From Candidatus Cloacimonadota bacterium (GTDB lineage Bacteria; Cloacimonadota; Cloacimonadia; G963667145): 64,000 nt of DNA. This document shows positions 63,383 through 64,000 of the stretch, one piece after another. The stretch covers positions 256,001 to 320,000 of the forward strand of contig OY781092.1 in the NCBI GenBank assembly GCA_963676615.1, given 5' to 3'. Below the pieces are notes generated by a model. That model had not been told where the DNA came from. It ran no database searches and worked only from the letters and a program-made list of their open reading frames with translations. Position 1 is the stretch's first letter. The number at the start of each line of letters is the position of its first letter. The position numbers and the translations under genes are program-made.

Positions 63383-64000
63383 TTGTGAAGAATTTGGGCG
63401 GTTGCAATGTGGGCGTTGTGAGTCACGATCGGATTTTGAAGAGTTACAAAACGAATGCGAAAAACGACGGGAATACGCTGTCTGCGCCGTTTTCGATGGC
63501 GAAGCTTTTGGCTTTGTTGGAGACGAACGAGTATCACGCTGGTTGCGTTGAGGCGATTTCGACGGCGGCGTTTATGAAGTTTGAGTGTAAAAATGACAAA
63601 GTGATGAAATGGTTTGAGGGTGCGACTTTTCAACAGAGCGAGGACGAGTTTAGCGTGTTTTGCGAGTTTGTGAAACACTACATTGCAACGGGTAACGGGA
63701 TGATCGTTAAAATTCGCAATAGAGCGGGTGATTGGGTTGGACTGGAGCGGCTTTTGCCGAGCGAGACGAGTATAATTAGCAAGGCGGATGCGAACGGACT
63801 TTTGACGCCTACTTATCGGCAAAGCAGGACGACGGGCGTTGAGGATTTTAGTAATGATGATGTGATGCATATGAAGCGGTCGACGCATCGGAGCGATGTT
63901 TGGGGTTTGGCTTGTTTGCCTGTGGTGGTAAATATAGAAACGCTGAAAGAGATTGAGGTGTTTGATTACAATAACTTCAAAAATGGGCTTTTGCTTGATT
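63379..64000 (+). CDS. Phage portal protein, PBSX/P2 gpQ family (3' end outside window; not in ORF track)
   Basis: Open from ATG 63379 to the window end: APFSMAKLLALLETNEYHAGC...HYIATGNGMIVKIRNRAG...LERL...DVMHMK...DVWGL...NFKNG. Confidence 0.75.
   Translation, partial: MIVKNLGGCNVGVVSHDRILKSYKTNAKNDGNTLSAPFSMAKLLALLETNEYHAGCVEAISTAAFMKFECKNDKVMKWFEGATFQQSEDEFSVFCEFVKHYIATGNGMIVKIRNRAGDWVGLERLLPSETSIISKADANGLLTPTYRQSRTTGVEDFSNDDVMHMKRSTHRSDVWGLACLPVVVNIETLKEIEVFDYNNFKNGLLLD

Larger units (their letters stand above)
62716..64000. mobile_element. End of a prophage, probably transposable, running off the window
   Basis: Repeated TTTG(A/T)CATTT and AAACGACAAAGT boxes, an IHF consensus site, a shift from AT-rich to G-rich sequence, and a downstream portal gene. 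Confidence 0.6.

Noticed and set aside
63322..63888. 188-aa minus-strand ORF
   Set aside because: Antisense shadow of the plus-strand portal gene, which has family motifs and a coupled start.

Overview
Chromosomal window from a Gram-negative (LPS-making, TonB-using) bacterium; the divergent proteins suggest an FCB-group lineage such as Cloacimonadota (inference). Most of it is housekeeping: the 3' end of thrS, kdsD, gmhA, holB, rlmH, rlmN, efp, codBA, a cobalamin-riboswitch-led B12 uptake locus, a MacAB-type exporter whose adaptor gene is frameshifted, 15 tRNAs, and tuf-rpmG-secE-nusG-rplKAJL-rpoBC-rpsLG joined directly to rpmH-rnpA-yidD-yidC with no fusA. Accessory parts are three paralogous beta-barrel genes with two paralogous large lipoprotein genes, an IS256 element that splits a two-helix membrane protein gene in an AT-rich island, and an orphan MNT antitoxin. 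The main candidate system is at 54.1-62.7 kb: a type I-B cas operon (cas6-cas8b/cas11-cas7-cas5-cas3) with a Septu-like PtuA ATPase (carrying an extra EVE/PUA-like N-terminal domain) and a PtuB HNH nuclease translationally coupled between cas8b and cas7. A single CRISPR-repeat-like 30-mer lies on the cas6 ribosome-binding site. cas3 appears cut at its 3' end by a transposable-phage-like end, followed by a PBSX/P2-type portal gene. No CRISPR array or cas1/cas2/cas4 is in the window.
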